Below, one piece after another: positions 45,377 to 55,999 of a stretch of 62,896 nt of DNA (the first letter of the stretch is position 1; every line of letters begins with the position of its first letter). This stretch comes from an uncultured virus (IMG/VR IMGVR_UViG_3300025411_000009) (taxonomy: Duplodnaviria > Heunggongvirae > Uroviricota > Caudoviricetes). The DNA is taken from the IMG/VR virus record IMGVR_UViG_3300025411_000009. The stretch is one strand, 5' to 3'. The notes beneath the pieces are model-generated. The model did no database searches. It had not been told where the DNA came from and worked only from the letters and a program-made list of their open reading frames with translations. A program made the translations under genes and the position numbers.

Positions 45377-47077
45377 TTAGAACTTACCTATGACTTCTGT
45401 AAAGTCTACGCCAGTCCTTACTGCTACAAAGTTCAACTGGATAAAGTTAATTGAACGAGCAGGTTTAATATAAATGTCACCAACAAACTGGTTAGAATCA
45501 ATGACTTGCGGTGTATTATTTGTAGTATCACAAACAACACGGAAGTCAGTAACACCACGGCGACCTTGAACATCACGCAAATATGGAGTCACTAAAGACA
45601 CAAATTGAGCTCTTGTGAAATCATCATTGAACTCGAATAGTGAGTATTTAGCAGCTTTAGCAATTGCTTTCTCTAACGTAATAAACAATCTGCGGACGTT
45701 GATTCTGTCAAATGCAGATGGTTTTTGTGTGAAAGTTTTATCACCATATAATACAGTACCTTGTCCTGGTAATGATACAACAGGATTTACACTAATTTGA
45801 TAAAGTGCATCACGGTATGTCTTATTTGGATTCCATGCTAATCTGACTACATTTTTGAGACCACCTCGGTTTAGACCAGCAGGTGACCACCATGAGTCAC
45901 GATTTGTATCTGTATATACACAAAGACCAGCAATATCACCGTTTAATGGAACCCAACGATATGTATTGTTGTATTTGTCAAACATATATTTCCAACCAGA
46001 ATCAGCAACTGCATATGAACTATATTGAGATGCAATTGATAATGCATTAACCCAATTTGTAATATTTGTTACTTCGTTACCTGCTTGGTTAATTACGTTA
46101 GCAGATGGAGGTGAAATAAATGCTACACAGTCTAAACGAGTACCAGCAATATTTTGAACAGCATATTGTTGAACGGTTACTGAAGCTTGACCTGTTAATA
46201 CTAATGAAATATCTACATCTTCAGCAGATGCGAATAAACCAAAAGCATTTATCTTATCACCGTCTGTTGGAGCAGCATATGTACCACCAGCTAATGTTAC
46301 TGTTGTATTACCAGATAATGTAGCAAAGCTTGTATTAGCTAAAGTTTTACCCCATGTAGCATTTGTAGAAGCATATTGTGGAGGATCAACTGCGTAAATG
46401 TATTTTGAAACATTGAACAATTGTTGTTTATAATAAGATGAATTACCTTGAGCATCTTTAGCGTCAAGTGCTTTGTTTAGATAAGGCCATACTTCTAAAA
46501 CAGTACCTTGTGTACCGGTAAATAAACCTAAAGTATCAACAACAACTAAATGGATTTCATCGTTTGAAGCACCAGCGTTTGTAGCAGCTACAGAAGTGCC
46601 TGGAGCACCATTGAAATAACCTTTATATGACCAACTTGAGAATCCTGGTCCGTCACAGATTGAAACTGTTAATGAATTACCGTTGTAACCAGAATAACGT
46701 GCCATAAATGGACCGTAGTTATTGGCTGTATTTGCTGTTAAGTAAGCAGCTTGGAAAACATCTTCGTTAGCAACTTGAATTGTTGCTTGTGAATTTGCAG
46801 TTGCGTTATATGTTAATGTGTTAGCACTACGGACAGTCCATAATGTATTACCATATGCTAAAAATGATGAAGCGGTAAAAAATGAATAATATGTATTACT
46901 ATCAGGTTTACCAAAAACTCTTGCAAGAGTAACTTCATCTGGAACTAGATATCGCTTATTAGCTGGACCCCAAACGAATTCTCCAGCAAAAGCACCGGCT
47001 GTCGTAGAAACTGCAGGGATAACCGTGGTTAGGTCAACCTCACTTACTAGGACGCCTGGAGACAATTGAAATGCCAT
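45377..47077 (-). CDS. 18: Tail sheath protein gp18
   Basis: SPGVLVSEVDLT, WWSPAGLNRG, AFDRINVRRLF, IKPARSINFI. Confidence 0.97.
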   Translation of the reverse strand: MAFQLSPGVLVSEVDLTTVIPAVSTTAGAFAGEFVWGPANKRYLVPDEVTLARVFGKPDSNTYYSFFTASSFLAYGNTLWTVRSANTLTYNATANSQATIQVANEDVFQAAYLTANTANNYGPFMARYSGYNGNSLTVSICDGPGFSSWSYKGYFNGAPGTSVAATNAGASNDEIHLVVVDTLGLFTGTQGTVLEVWPYLNKALDAKDAQGNSSYYKQQLFNVSKYIYAVDPPQYASTNATWGKTLANTSFATLSGNTTVTLAGGTYAAPTDGDKINAFGLFASAEDVDISLVLTGQASVTVQQYAVQNIAGTRLDCVAFISPPSANVINQAGNEVTNITNWVNALSIASQYSSYAVADSGWKYMFDKYNNTYRWVPLNGDIAGLCVYTDTNRDSWWSPAGLNRGGLKNVVRLAWNPNKTYRDALYQISVNPVVSLPGQGTVLYGDKTFTQKPSAFDRINVRRLFITLEKAIAKAAKYSLFEFNDDFTRAQFVSLVTPYLRDVQGRRGVTDFRVVCDTTNNTPQVIDSNQFVGDIYIKPARSINFIQLNFVAVRTGVDFTEVIGKF

Positions 47078-47149
47078 GTTTTTCTCCTTAAATTATTGAT
47101 TGTATCTTGGCAGTTATAATACCATAACAATATTTATGAAACCCTGTAT

Positions 47150-48820
47150 TTACAGTTTTCTTATTGATTCTCTGATAAAACTAGAATATATTTCACCAGG
47201 ACCTGATTTTTCCCAAACATCACCATCAACTACCTCAAATTCATGTTGTAAACCATCATCAATGATAGGTTCAGGTAGAGTTTCTTCATCAACTTGATTC
47301 ATATTCTCAAGTTGAATTTGTTTTCTTAAATCATGATTAACAATCTCTTTAAAATAATGTTGAGTTGTTACCCATGAAAATATGACCAAAGTCATAGCTA
47401 AATCGTCATTTGCATCATCTTCTGCGGCAAATGATGTTTTTTTAGACACAAATGTAGTTAATTCAGATATTGTGTCAAAATCGTTTACAATTAACTTATC
47501 ACTTTCAACTAAAGTTTTAAGGTTAGAACAACCTATTCTTTTAACTTGAAGTGACATTTTAAGACCCATCTGAACGCCTCGGCCAAATCCACTATGTAAT
47601 TGTTGTGGTTTTTTGTTACCGGTGAAAATCTTAAACAGATTCTCGTATTCTAGGTCTCTATGTAATGCGTCCGCTACCTGTGGATTATTATTTATCTCCA
47701 CTAGAACGTAAGCATCGTTATATAATCTGGCAGCATTATGAATCACCGATGGGAATAAAATAGGTGATATAGTAGAACTTTTGTATGTTGCCACCTGTTT
47801 ATATGGTGTAGACGATATATCAAATACAGAAAAAGCAGAGAAGTCTAGATTCTTACCTTCTGACACATCTACGGAAATACAGTATAGATGGTCTTTACCT
47901 TTCTCCGCATCACCTTTAATAGGCTGTTCGTATATCTTTACACCATCATGTTCAGCTATTGGGTCACTATATGTCATAGTTTGAAGTTTTATTCCAGAAA
48001 TAAGAGTGTTCGTAGAACCCAAGAACATTGTATTAAATTCTTGATTGAATTGGTGCTCACTCGTATTTCTTATTGTTTCTTCTTTCCATTTCTCATCACG
48101 ACCCGGAACTTGAGACCAGTGAATTTCAAATGGAACATAATTATTTTTTTTATTAATGGCATCAGTCCAAATTTTATAAAATAAATTCATACCATTTGGA
48201 GTAGATACTATAATAATCTTTGTCTTTGTACCAGCAGTAATTACAGGATAAACTGATGTAAAAAATTCATATGCAATATTGGTAGGCACAAACGCAAATT
48301 CATCAAGAAACACTATATTAAAAGAACCAGACCTTGCTGCGGATGATGATGTTGATGATGCAGTTATTTTTGAACCGTTCTCCAATTCAATATAACTTTT
48401 ATTCCAAGTAATAACTCCTTGTTGCATCCATATTGGTAAATTTTCATAAGCTAACTGTAATTTTCCTAAAATATCCCGTGCTGTTTGACCACGATTGGCC
48501 AATATTGCAATGTTTTGAGAATTTTGAAATAATATAACCCATAGCAAATAGGCTATTGATGTTGTTGTTTTACCAACTTGTCTAGGACATTTTGTAATTA
48601 CAAATCTATTTTTATGAAAAATGTCAATCATTTCTTTTTGAAAGTCATACATTTTAAAATCTGTAAGACCTTCATCAAGAGTAATAATTTTAATATATTT
48701 GGTAAAATAAATTGGATCACGGGAACACAATATATACTCATCTAATTGTTCTTGAGTATATTGAACTTGAACGCCGGTCTTTTTTAAAAGTGGATTATCT
48801 CTGTATGAATCACTACTCAT
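47150..48820 (-). CDS. 17: Terminase large subunit gp17
   Basis: PRQVGKT, LDEFAF, STPNG, VDVSEG, DDLAM. Confidence 0.97.
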   Translation of the reverse strand: MSSDSYRDNPLLKKTGVQVQYTQEQLDEYILCSRDPIYFTKYIKIITLDEGLTDFKMYDFQKEMIDIFHKNRFVITKCPRQVGKTTTSIAYLLWVILFQNSQNIAILANRGQTARDILGKLQLAYENLPIWMQQGVITWNKSYIELENGSKITASSTSSSAARSGSFNIVFLDEFAFVPTNIAYEFFTSVYPVITAGTKTKIIIVSTPNGMNLFYKIWTDAINKKNNYVPFEIHWSQVPGRDEKWKEETIRNTSEHQFNQEFNTMFLGSTNTLISGIKLQTMTYSDPIAEHDGVKIYEQPIKGDAEKGKDHLYCISVDVSEGKNLDFSAFSVFDISSTPYKQVATYKSSTISPILFPSVIHNAARLYNDAYVLVEINNNPQVADALHRDLEYENLFKIFTGNKKPQQLHSGFGRGVQMGLKMSLQVKRIGCSNLKTLVESDKLIVNDFDTISELTTFVSKKTSFAAEDDANDDLAMTLVIFSWVTTQHYFKEIVNHDLRKQIQLENMNQVDEETLPEPIIDDGLQHEFEVVDGDVWEKSGPGEIYSSFIRESIRKL

Positions 48821-49425
48821 TTAATATTTTTCCATGATTTATTTAATATTATATTTTTTATAGCTTGTAGAGTAACATTATATTTTTTACCGTAAGTGTA
48901 GCAAAAAGCACCCAAATATGTTGGATATAAACCTTTTGTTTTTGATGATGGAATTGAAGTTTTAATATAACATTCTATAGGCACTTTTTTATTATAATCT
49001 TCTCTTATAGATTTAACAATATCAACAGTTAATTTTGAAATTGGATTATTTTCACCAGAATTATTAATACTAAATTGTTTTTTATTTTCATCTGAATGTA
49101 AAAGATAACCTTTTACTCCTTTATTCCATGGAATTGTTCCTTTTTTAACCCCACCTATTCCTGGTCTCTTTTTGCCTTTTTGTATTTTTGATATTTCTTT
49201 TGGATCCATAAGCAATCTTTTAGCAATCATAACACAAGCACCCCAATCTTTTTGTTGCTCATGAATTTTATAATGCTCTTCAATAGTTACCAATTTTAAA
49301 TTTTCAATTCTATTATCATTATGATTGCCATTTATATGGTGTATTTCATATGAACGACCATTACAATCTTTAGGTATTGGACCGTAAGTATCTTCCCAAA
49401 TTTTTCTGTATGTATATGATGACAT
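48817..49425 (-). mobile_element. Free-standing HNH homing endonuclease gene
   Basis: YEIHHINGNHNDNRIENL..EH HNH motif; PWNKG and GENNP.SKLT DNA-binding modules; TATAAATA at 49433..49440. Confidence 0.85.
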
Positions 49426-49466
49426 GGTGTAGTATTTATACACCAAAAAAGTCAGAATCAAACTAA

Positions 49467-50114
49467 TTATTTAATTATTCGAGTTTTTATTTTTGTTTCA
49501 TTAGTTTCTGGATTATGATGAACATGGTGAGCATGAAACTCAACATCTGGATGGTCTTGCTTTAATGATAAAAAATGATTTAGATTAGGTTCAGAATCAT
49601 CATATAAATGAACTTTTTTGTAACCACTTTTCTTAATTAAGTCACCAATTACTTTTCGTTTTACTTCACCTGGTTTGCCTGGTAAATTACCTGCTCTACG
49701 AACATGAATCTCTTTAGGGTCAATACCGTGATGTTTTAGAGCGTGCATAAAACCTGTTTTATCATCCATATCAGAACGAGCGGTAACAATTTCAACATTC
49801 TTATTATTCTTATGGATTGCTTTTAATTTACGAATCATCTTATGAATTGGATGTGCAGACTGTTTAAATATGTGAGTAGACCTAAATTCAGAGAAGTCGT
49901 ATGAATGACCTGGTGGTAACTTATGAGTATTAAATTCTTGATTGGTTAAAGATTGAACTCTATCACCTTGTTTGTTTAATACATGAACTTTTACTTTAGA
50001 ATGGTCGTGATGAAAGAGTGTTTCATCCATGTCAAACGCATGCAGAGTTTTAGATGACTTATCTTTTCTAGCAACAAGCGCTTCTTCTGAAATAAAATGT
50101 TTAAACTTAATCAT
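49467..50114 (-). CDS. HAD-superfamily phosphatase with a capsid-targeting-like N-terminus
   Basis: FDMDETL (motif I), VTAR (II), K (III), LYDDS (IV); starts MIKFKHFISE. Confidence 0.75.
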   Translation of the reverse strand: MIKFKHFISEEALVARKDKSSKTLHAFDMDETLFHHDHSKVKVHVLNKQGDRVQSLTNQEFNTHKLPPGHSYDFSEFRSTHIFKQSAHPIHKMIRKLKAIHKNNKNVEIVTARSDMDDKTGFMHALKHHGIDPKEIHVRRAGNLPGKPGEVKRKVIGDLIKKSGYKKVHLYDDSEPNLNHFLSLKQDHPDVEFHAHHVHHNPETNETKIKTRIIK

Positions 50115-50535
50115 TTTTACCTTGAATTATTTTCGACAATTCTGCCGTTGAACCAACAAATATTGCCTTATCAATGTTAGTATTATTAACTTCTTTCTTT
50201 TTGTCCATCTCTCGCATTTGTTTCTGCATAGCAATTAATTCTTTATTTGCCTCTACAACATTCTTTAGTATACCACCAAAGACTTCAAATGCTCTTGGAT
50301 GTTCCGACTCTTTAGCAATCTTGAGTATATCTTCCATTGCCTCTTTACCTTGGTCAATGATATCTTGTAGATTATCTTTTGACTGATTATATGCTACAGT
50401 TAAATCTTCTTCAAGATTTGGTGGTGCAGCTGGCGTTATTGGCCATGTTTTATTCTCTACAGGAACTTTTTTAGGTTCTTCTGGTAAAGGTTGAACATCA
50501 AATATTTCTTCCATAGATTTTTCAAAATTACTCAT
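50107..50535 (-). CDS. 16: Terminase small subunit gp16
   Basis: AKESEHPRAFEV, FVGSTAEL. Confidence 0.93.
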   Translation of the reverse strand: MSNFEKSMEEIFDVQPLPEEPKKVPVENKTWPITPAAPPNLEEDLTVAYNQSKDNLQDIIDQGKEAMEDILKIAKESEHPRAFEVFGGILKNVVEANKELIAMQKQMREMDKKKEVNNTNIDKAIFVGSTAELSKIIQGKND

Positions 50536-50551
50536 AGTAAATTATATATTA

Positions 50552-52408
50552 TTAAACCCAAGTACCAATTATCGTATTAGCAGAACCAGGTGAAGCAGCA
50601 ATTGGACTAATCTTCATATAAGCACCAACTGATATCGTTGAAGTACCACCAGGACCAGCTGAGAATGTAATTGTTGGATTTAAGTTACCTGCCGTAGAAG
50701 TATTAACAATACCTTTAACAAGATATGTGGCATTTTGTGCAGTTGTTAAAGCAGTTGTTACTACAGTTGGTGTAGCAGAAGAAGAATAAACAGTATTAGC
50801 GCCATATGGCGTTGTTGTTCCGTTTAACATTCTTGTAATTTGATAACCGTAGTTCGTTGTTGTACCAGAATATACAAAACCAAAAGCTTCAGTATGTGAT
50901 GTTGTACCTGATGTTACCAAATTAAACAATAATTCAAATTCGTATACGGTTGAAGCTGATAGAGCAACACCAGTAGTTAAACCAAGAGCAGACTGTGCAG
51001 TAGCTACAGATGATAAAGTATTTGCAACATTTAATTCGTAATATTGTGATGCTTGTAAAATACTTCTTTGTGTGCCAGATGGTGTAAAGTATGGTGAGTA
51101 ACCATTCCACTCAACAGAACCAGCAACAGCGGTTGCTAAGTTAGTACCTGATGTTAATCGTAATGGAGCCGAATTTGTTGTACCTGCACCAATCAATACG
51201 TTAGCAGTTGTTGAAGGAGAAACACCAACACCTAAGTTGCCTGCTAAATAGTTTATTGCAGTACCTGCCATATTAAGATTATAACGATTAGTACCAGAAT
51301 TAATGCCTCCATAATATGCGTAATTATTTGTTGCGCCAGTTAATGAAGAATCTACACTAAATCCAGTCTGTGTTGTTACTGTTGAGCCAGCACCAAATGT
51401 TCCTTGTGTTGCTTGATAATGCACTAGATTAGGTACTGTAAATGATGCAGCTGCTGTAGCAACAACTGTTGCATAATATGCTCCATATGTTGTTACGCCT
51501 GATTGGATCGTTCCGTCATTTGTTTGTGAGTAAGCTGATGTTGCGCCAGTAATAGGCAATGAATTATGAATACCATAATTAGGAGAATATGTGGTTCCAA
51601 GTAAAACTGAACCGTTAATTGTTGTATTACCAGCAATTACGGCTGCATTACCAACATACACATTACCACCAACCCAAGCACCACCTGATACTTGTAATGT
51701 ACCAGTAGCATTTGCGGTTGCTGGTGTAGTGTTTGTTGCTATAATAATATCTGTAGTATTAACTGCGAAATTTGTAATATTGACATTTTCAATTGTTGTA
51801 TTACCAGCAATAGTCACTCTACCACCAATATACACATTACCTGTAATGCCTACACCACCTGTAACAACAAGAGCGCCAGTTGTATTTGATGTTGATGGTG
51901 TTGCATTAGGAATGTAAAGATAGGATGCTGAGTTTACAGTAATAATTGGACCAAGATTAGCAATAGCATTATTAGCGGTTGTGAAAGCTGCTGCAATATT
52001 AGCATTAGCCGTTGCTAAAGCACCAGAAAGATAAACAGTATTAGCATTAGCCGTTGCTAAAGCGCCTTGTAGATATACGGTATTAGCTGATGCACTATTA
52101 GCAGTAGTAAAAGCACCAATGATGTTAGCGTTTTGTGATACATTAACACCAGTCAAATATATCGTATTAGCATTGGCTGTATTAAGACCGCCTTGAAGAT
52201 ATGCTACATTAGAACTAATATTTGAATTGATAGTAACCACATTAGCACTTAATTGATATTGAGTAGCTAATGGCCATCCGCCTGATGTAACACCGTCATG
52301 AACAGTTATAGTATTTTGTGTAGAATCAACAATTAATTCACCTGGTGCACCAGAAATGTTTGCCAAATTAGCAGTTGGATATCGTTTAAATTGTAGGGTC
52401 TTTGCCAT
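50552..52408 (-). CDS. Virion fibre/structural protein
   Basis: LQFKR...GELIVD...VHDG N-terminal fibre module; ANANT coiled repeats; TSNTTGALVV.GG modules. Confidence 0.7.
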   Translation of the reverse strand: MAKTLQFKRYPTANLANISGAPGELIVDSTQNTITVHDGVTSGGWPLATQYQLSANVVTINSNISSNVAYLQGGLNTANANTIYLTGVNVSQNANIIGAFTTANSASANTVYLQGALATANANTVYLSGALATANANIAAAFTTANNAIANLGPIITVNSASYLYIPNATPSTSNTTGALVVTGGVGITGNVYIGGRVTIAGNTTIENVNITNFAVNTTDIIIATNTTPATANATGTLQVSGGAWVGGNVYVGNAAVIAGNTTINGSVLLGTTYSPNYGIHNSLPITGATSAYSQTNDGTIQSGVTTYGAYYATVVATAAASFTVPNLVHYQATQGTFGAGSTVTTQTGFSVDSSLTGATNNYAYYGGINSGTNRYNLNMAGTAINYLAGNLGVGVSPSTTANVLIGAGTTNSAPLRLTSGTNLATAVAGSVEWNGYSPYFTPSGTQRSILQASQYYELNVANTLSSVATAQSALGLTTGVALSASTVYEFELLFNLVTSGTTSHTEAFGFVYSGTTTNYGYQITRMLNGTTTPYGANTVYSSSATPTVVTTALTTAQNATYLVKGIVNTSTAGNLNPTITFSAGPGGTSTISVGAYMKISPIAASPGSANTIIGTWV

Positions 52409-52422
52409 TTTCTTACCTTAAA

Positions 52423-53427
52423 TTAGTAATTAAAGTTTTTAGGTTCTTCTGTTATAGAAGTAGTATAAGTGTATTTATCATTAGCCGTGGCAGTATTTGG
52501 ATTAGGTGTAACAACCACTTGTGTCATCTTAATTTGAGGAGATTGGTAAGATGTAAACACCCAATTAGCGTTTGTAGTCACGCCAATGATAGATTGTGTT
52601 GATAAAAAATTACCAGCAATATCAGTTAATACTAATTGATGATTTGTATTAGACCAAGAGTAAACTCTTCCTGTTGCAGTAGAGTTTGTAGGAGAGTAAC
52701 CTTGGTAAACTAATTCGCCTGCTTGATATTGTCCAACACCAGTATTAGCCATGTTAAATTGAACAGAATCGGTTATACTAATATTATTCAATACATTAGT
52801 AATAGATGTTTTAATAATCTTGTTATTTTCTGTTACACCACCAAAGATAAAACCTTTAACAGTAAAGTTTAGTGTCCATATAATAAGTCTTGTATCGTTA
52901 TCTCTAGGTCCTTCGTAAGTGATGTCTTGAGATACAGTATCTAACACAATAGGTATTTCTTTGATGATACCCATTTCAGGAATAAGATTGAGTTTGATTG
53001 TATAATCTGGTGTGAAGTATGGTAAAATATGTTCTATTGCTTGTGTGCCATCTTCAATGTTTCTTACATACAAATAAAGTGAGAAGTTAAAATTGTATGG
53101 AACAGGATTGTATTGTGATGCTAAACCATTTGATGTTTGATTAAATGTTTTCCAATTTGTATTTTGTTTTCTAGTAGCATCATATGTCATACCTGTCATT
53201 TCAAAAGATAATCTAGGTAAAGTAAGTTGAACTTTTTTATCTAAATTAGGGTCTTCTTGTAGACGCATCACATAGCGTTCTTTAGGTGCATATGCAATTG
53301 GAATAATAAATCGTTCTTGTTCTGTCAAGTCAGCATTATAACGCACAAGAGTAATATTGTCAAATAGGTTACCAAAACCTACAACAAGTTTACGAATGAT
53401 TCTATTATAAAATACGTTAGCAGACAT
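52423..53427 (-). CDS. 15: Tail sheath stabiliser gp15
   Basis: FGNLFDNI, PIAYAPK, LPRLSFE, IEHILPYFTP. Confidence 0.92.
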   Translation of the reverse strand: MSANVFYNRIIRKLVVGFGNLFDNITLVRYNADLTEQERFIIPIAYAPKERYVMRLQEDPNLDKKVQLTLPRLSFEMTGMTYDATRKQNTNWKTFNQTSNGLASQYNPVPYNFNFSLYLYVRNIEDGTQAIEHILPYFTPDYTIKLNLIPEMGIIKEIPIVLDTVSQDITYEGPRDNDTRLIIWTLNFTVKGFIFGGVTENNKIIKTSITNVLNNISITDSVQFNMANTGVGQYQAGELVYQGYSPTNSTATGRVYSWSNTNHQLVLTDIAGNFLSTQSIIGVTTNANWVFTSYQSPQIKMTQVVVTPNPNTATANDKYTYTTSITEEPKNFNY

Positions 53428-54308
53428 TATATATTACCAAAAGGATTTGTTTCAGAGAAATCAGTAATTGAAATTCCCTGTTGATTTATGTATGAGTTAT
53501 CATATTGTTCATGTGTTGATGGTGTATTCAATGGATCAAATGTTGATAATGTATAACGAGCATTACTTGAAGCACCAATGATTATTGAACCATCAATAAA
53601 TTCACCTTTAATGTTTGTAACACTTAATATATTAGATGATTTAATAAACGATTGAACGGTACCAGAAGCATATGAGTTTGCTGATGTGTTATCTAACGAT
53701 TGATATACAATCTCTGGTATAGTATATGTACCAGTACCTGAACCTAGATTCAAGTGTAATGTATATGAAGAATCTGTAACCACGCTATCGATATCACTAT
53801 CTCCTGTATTAATAACTTCATTAGAGTATTTAAATTTCTCTAATTCTAATTCATAGAAGTAAGGCACTTTTCTGCCTAACATAAAGAAATCTTTTGTTTG
53901 ATTAGTAAATTTAATTTCAAATAATTCACCAGTGCCATTTAAAAATGGAATCCAAATTAAATCACCTTCACGAGGTCGAGTAAATGTATTTTGTGGAACT
54001 CTTTGTGTGAATGAGCGTTTAGATACAATCACATTTACATTGTTTTTAATTTCAAGACCAAACTTTGAAAAGAATTCTTTCTCTCCCATATATTCTGTTG
54101 AGTTAGAAAGATACATTTCTAATTGAAATGCTGATGAAAACTTTTTGACTGGATCTTCACCAAATAATAAATCTCTAGCTGCATCGTTATTGTTTGGAAG
54201 ATAGAAGCAATCAAATCCTTGAACCTTAATGCTTTCCACCACCAAATCTTCGATTAGTCTTTGTTCATTTAGTGAACCATAAGAATTAAAATATAAACTA
54301 GTTGCCAT
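53427..54308 (-). CDS. 14: Neck protein gp14
   Basis: FFSKFGLEI, RPREGDLI, FSETNPFG. Confidence 0.92.
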   Translation of the reverse strand: MATSLYFNSYGSLNEQRLIEDLVVESIKVQGFDCFYLPNNNDAARDLLFGEDPVKKFSSAFQLEMYLSNSTEYMGEKEFFSKFGLEIKNNVNVIVSKRSFTQRVPQNTFTRPREGDLIWIPFLNGTGELFEIKFTNQTKDFFMLGRKVPYFYELELEKFKYSNEVINTGDSDIDSVVTDSSYTLHLNLGSGTGTYTIPEIVYQSLDNTSANSYASGTVQSFIKSSNILSVTNIKGEFIDGSIIIGASSNARYTLSTFDPLNTPSTHEQYDNSYINQQGISITDFSETNPFGNI

Positions 54309-54309
54309 A

Positions 54310-55083
54310 TTAGTTTAAGAAAAATTCCAATGGAGCACCGTAATTTTGTTCCATTTCTTTCTCTAGTCTTTCAATTTCTGCTACTGCTTCGTCATAAGTT
54401 TCGTTACCATTTAATGTAACACCGCCTGGTAATTGTAGACCACCAAATTTTTTCATATTAGAACCCCAACTTCTCTTGATAAGAGCAGTGGCATATTCTT
54501 TTAACCAACGGTCATTCCATACCAAATTATATACATTTGGATCAATTAGAGCATAACATTCGGCAATCACAGCTTGTCCAACTGGTGCTTCTTGAGGTCC
54601 CCAATTCCAATCAATATAAAGTCTTTGCATATGCCTCTGGAAGCGAATAGGAACTTCTCCAGTAAACATAATCTCTAAAGAACGAAGATGTTGTTGTGTT
54701 AAAGTATAATTGATGTAGGACGCAGATGTGAAGTCATACAATTCATTAAGTCTTAATTGGTATCTCAAGTCAAACATATTAATGGTAGCCTGAGAGTCAG
54801 ATAGTGGAAATATTCTTGTCACACCAGCAATTTCTAATGTATTATTACTAGAATCTACTGCTGTTGTAGCATCAAGATATTGATTATTGATATCTGTTTG
54901 ATTTAATATTTTAATCCAATAAACTTTTTGTAGACCATCAAAATGGTAATCTTGCCAGTATTGTAGAGCGTCATCAATACGGTCTTGGACCTGGTCGTCA
55001 TCTACGTTAATATCAATGACAGGAAAACCTAGTCTACGGAGGCAATAGTTTGTGAAGTCGGTTCTGTTGGTTATTGTAGCCAT
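54310..55083 (-). CDS. 13: Neck protein gp13
   Basis: CLRRLGFPVIDINVD, WLKEYATALIKRSWG, LPGGVTLNG; CATAAATA at 55102..55109. Confidence 0.93.
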   Translation of the reverse strand: MATITNRTDFTNYCLRRLGFPVIDINVDDDQVQDRIDDALQYWQDYHFDGLQKVYWIKILNQTDINNQYLDATTAVDSSNNTLEIAGVTRIFPLSDSQATINMFDLRYQLRLNELYDFTSASYINYTLTQQHLRSLEIMFTGEVPIRFQRHMQRLYIDWNWGPQEAPVGQAVIAECYALIDPNVYNLVWNDRWLKEYATALIKRSWGSNMKKFGGLQLPGGVTLNGNETYDEAVAEIERLEKEMEQNYGAPLEFFLN

Positions 55084-55118
55084 ATAAATCTCCTAATCAG
55101 GTATTTATGCTGAAGATT

Positions 55119-55364
55119 TTACTGTGAATCAGATATTGTGATGGTTGAAGTTACTTTATCTATGGTCATATAACCTTCACAAGCTATGTTATAATCATCT
55201 CCAATTTGACTGCCACTTTTTTCAGAATACGATGGTACTAAAATTTTAACATTTTTAACAAGATATTCTTGGTCGTTTTCAAATACTCGCCAAACATGAT
55301 CCATGGTTCCTCTATTAGGTTTTCCACGAGATTTGTTAAATCTTATAAGATATTTGTTCATCAA
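55119..55364 (-). CDS. Hypothetical protein
   Basis: 81-aa ORF with ATGA overlap. Confidence 0.55.
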   Translation of the reverse strand: MMNKYLIRFNKSRGKPNRGTMDHVWRVFENDQEYLVKNVKILVPSYSEKSGSQIGDDYNIACEGYMTIDKVTSTITISDSQ

Positions 55365-55993
55365 ATTATGATAGGTGCAGGTGGAGGATTATTAGCAATT
55401 TTTTGTGTGCCAATATTAATATGCACAAATTTTAAAGTATCATCAGATAAGTTACTAGAAAGTGAATGTGCTAACCAAGCATTGATTAATATTAAATCAC
55501 CGGCTTTTGGTATAAAAGTAACCATTTTTGAAGCTAAAGTTATTTCCTTAGGATTAATTTCTTCTAAATCAATTTGTGTTTTAGCAATTCTAGGATCATG
55601 AATAATTAATTTTGATGAATTTTCAGGCACGTCTAAAAAATAAAATCCTACAAGTTGCACACCACCAGAATGTGTGTGATAAGGCATATGTGAATGTTTA
55701 TTGTGATTTTGCACCCACATAGATTCAAATATGGTATGGTAATTAGACATCATATAACCTTGGTGTTCTAATATATTCCAAGATGATTGTATAACATTCA
55801 AACAAAAATCATGTATTCTTTCATCAGAAGAAATGTCAGCAGACATTTTACCAAAATTATCATCAAGTGTATTATTTGGATTGTAGTATGTTGGATCGTT
55901 AGCTACTTCTTTGACTTTATCTAAATGCTCTAATGCTGATATGAAATAAACCGGGCTACTAAAAAACTGCAATTCATCTAATTCACTATTCAT
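55361..55993 (-). CDS. Putative 2OG-Fe(II) oxygenase (TIGR02466-like)
   Basis: MWV, HTHS, FYFL, DPR, PKAGDLIL..WLAH pattern. Confidence 0.7.
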   Translation of the reverse strand: MNSELDELQFFSSPVYFISALEHLDKVKEVANDPTYYNPNNTLDDNFGKMSADISSDERIHDFCLNVIQSSWNILEHQGYMMSNYHTIFESMWVQNHNKHSHMPYHTHSGGVQLVGFYFLDVPENSSKLIIHDPRIAKTQIDLEEINPKEITLASKMVTFIPKAGDLILINAWLAHSLSSNLSDDTLKFVHINIGTQKIANNPPPAPIII

Positions 55994-55999
55994 GTTTTA

